In this document: piece by piece, positions 63,301-64,000 of the stretch | Position numbering within the stretch: position 1 is the stretch's first letter | Layout: each line of letters opens with the position of its first letter | NCBI GenBank assembly: GCA_964016885.1 | Contig: CAXHJY010001685.1 | Coordinates: forward strand, 1 to 64,000 | Length of the DNA: 64,000 nt | From: Eledone cirrhosa | Lineage: Eukaryota | Reading direction: 5' to 3' | Made by a program: the position numbers and the translations under genes | The notes under the pieces: model-generated | What the model saw: the letters and a program-made list of their open reading frames with translations, nothing else | Databases searched by the model: none | What the model was told of the DNA's origin: nothing

Positions 63301-64000
63301 ACTACTCTATATGTTGAGAACACTACAATACTAATCTATATGTTGAGAACACTACAGTACTAATATCCATGTTGAGAACACTACAATACTAATCTATATG
63401 TTGAGAACACTACAATATTAATCTCTATGTTGAGAACACTACAGTACTAATCTCCATGTTGAGAACACTACACTACTAATCTATATGTTGAGAACACTAC
63501 AATACTAATCTATATGTTGAGAACACTACAATACTAATCTATATGTTGAGAACACTACAATACTAATCTATATGTTGAGAACACTGCAATACTAATCTAT
63601 ATGTTAAGAACACTTCAATACTAATCTATATGTTGAGAACACTACAATACTAATTATATGTTGAGAACACTACAATACTAATCTATATGTCGAGAACACT
63701 ACAATACTAATCTATATGTTGAGAACACTACAATACTAATCTATATGTTAAGAACACTACAATACTAATCTATATGTTGAGAACACAACAGTACTAATCT
63801 ATATGTTGAGAACACTACAATACTAATCTATATGTTGACAACACTACAATGCTAATCTATATGTTGAGAAAACTACAATACTAATCTATATCTTGAGAAC
63901 ACTACAATACTAATCTATATGTTGAGAACACTACAATACTAATCTATATGTTGAGAACACTACAATACTAATCTATATGTTGAGAACAATACAAAACTAA
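38700..64000 (+). repeat. HOR domain III: irregular large tandem blocks (155-, 219-, 208-, 123-mer spacings)
   Basis: Marker AGAAGACTACGAT at G39625, 44122, 50473, 56505, 60072 (spacings 4497, 6351, 6032, 3567). Insertion marker GAGAAAAACT at 42491, 46988, 53020, 62851. ATGATAACAATAC at 49741/55773 (6032). Confidence 0.88.
56650..58420 (+). repeat. Local duplication with a 40-mer (1,160-bp) offset
   Basis: TATATATGTTGAGAACACTACAATATTAAT at 56721 and 57881, each followed by the same tatcttg x2, ttgacaacactaaag and actaccatat variants. Confidence 0.75.

Larger units (their letters stand above)
2803..64000 (+). repeat. 29-bp tandem satellite array (consensus ATGTTGAGAACACTACAATACTAATCTAT), about 2,100 head-to-tail copies, continuing past the window end
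   Basis: ATGTTGAGAA recurs every 29 bp (e.g. 3122, 3151). The first monomer ATGTAGAGAACACTACAG starts at 2803, and 61,198/29 is about 2,110. I saw no inversions or foreign insertions. Confidence 0.99.

Noticed and set aside
2803-64000. CRISPR array (29-bp repeat with a small dyad)
   Set aside because: The repeats are directly head-to-tail with no unique spacers, and no cas genes are present.
2803-64000. Telomerase-made long telomeric repeat (as in some yeasts)
   Set aside because: There is no G-rich strand or G-runs, and inherited multi-kb HOR patterns indicate recombinational amplification rather than templated addition.
2803-64000. Giant repeat-protein coding region
   Set aside because: The 29-bp unit shifts frame each copy and carries TAA/TGA on the plus strand and three TAGs on the minus strand, closing all six frames regularly.

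Overview
This window is almost entirely non-coding, eukaryote-like repetitive DNA. It has three parts: an interrupted (TA)n microsatellite (1-651), about 2.15 kb of AT-rich non-tandem flank (652-2802), and one uninterrupted, single-orientation satellite array from 2803 to beyond the window end. The array monomer is 29 bp (consensus ATGTTGAGAACACTACAATACTAATCTAT, 8/29 GC), in roughly 2,100 copies. I can support no protein-coding gene, RNA gene, CRISPR array or intact mobile element; the listed ORFs look like by-products of the repeats or chance. The information lies in the variant monomers, which reveal a layered higher-order-repeat (HOR) architecture. A heterogeneous edge zone is followed by domain I, with nested periods of 43/44/54-mer, 97/98-mer, ~5.7 kb and a 13,620-bp offset duplication. 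Domain II is a separate 97-mer duplication. Domain III has 53-, 155-, 208- and 219-mer blocks and a recurrent 5/6-mer (145/174 bp) motif. I cannot name the satellite family or the organism from sequence alone. All offsets were counted by hand from marker variants, and block boundaries are approximate.
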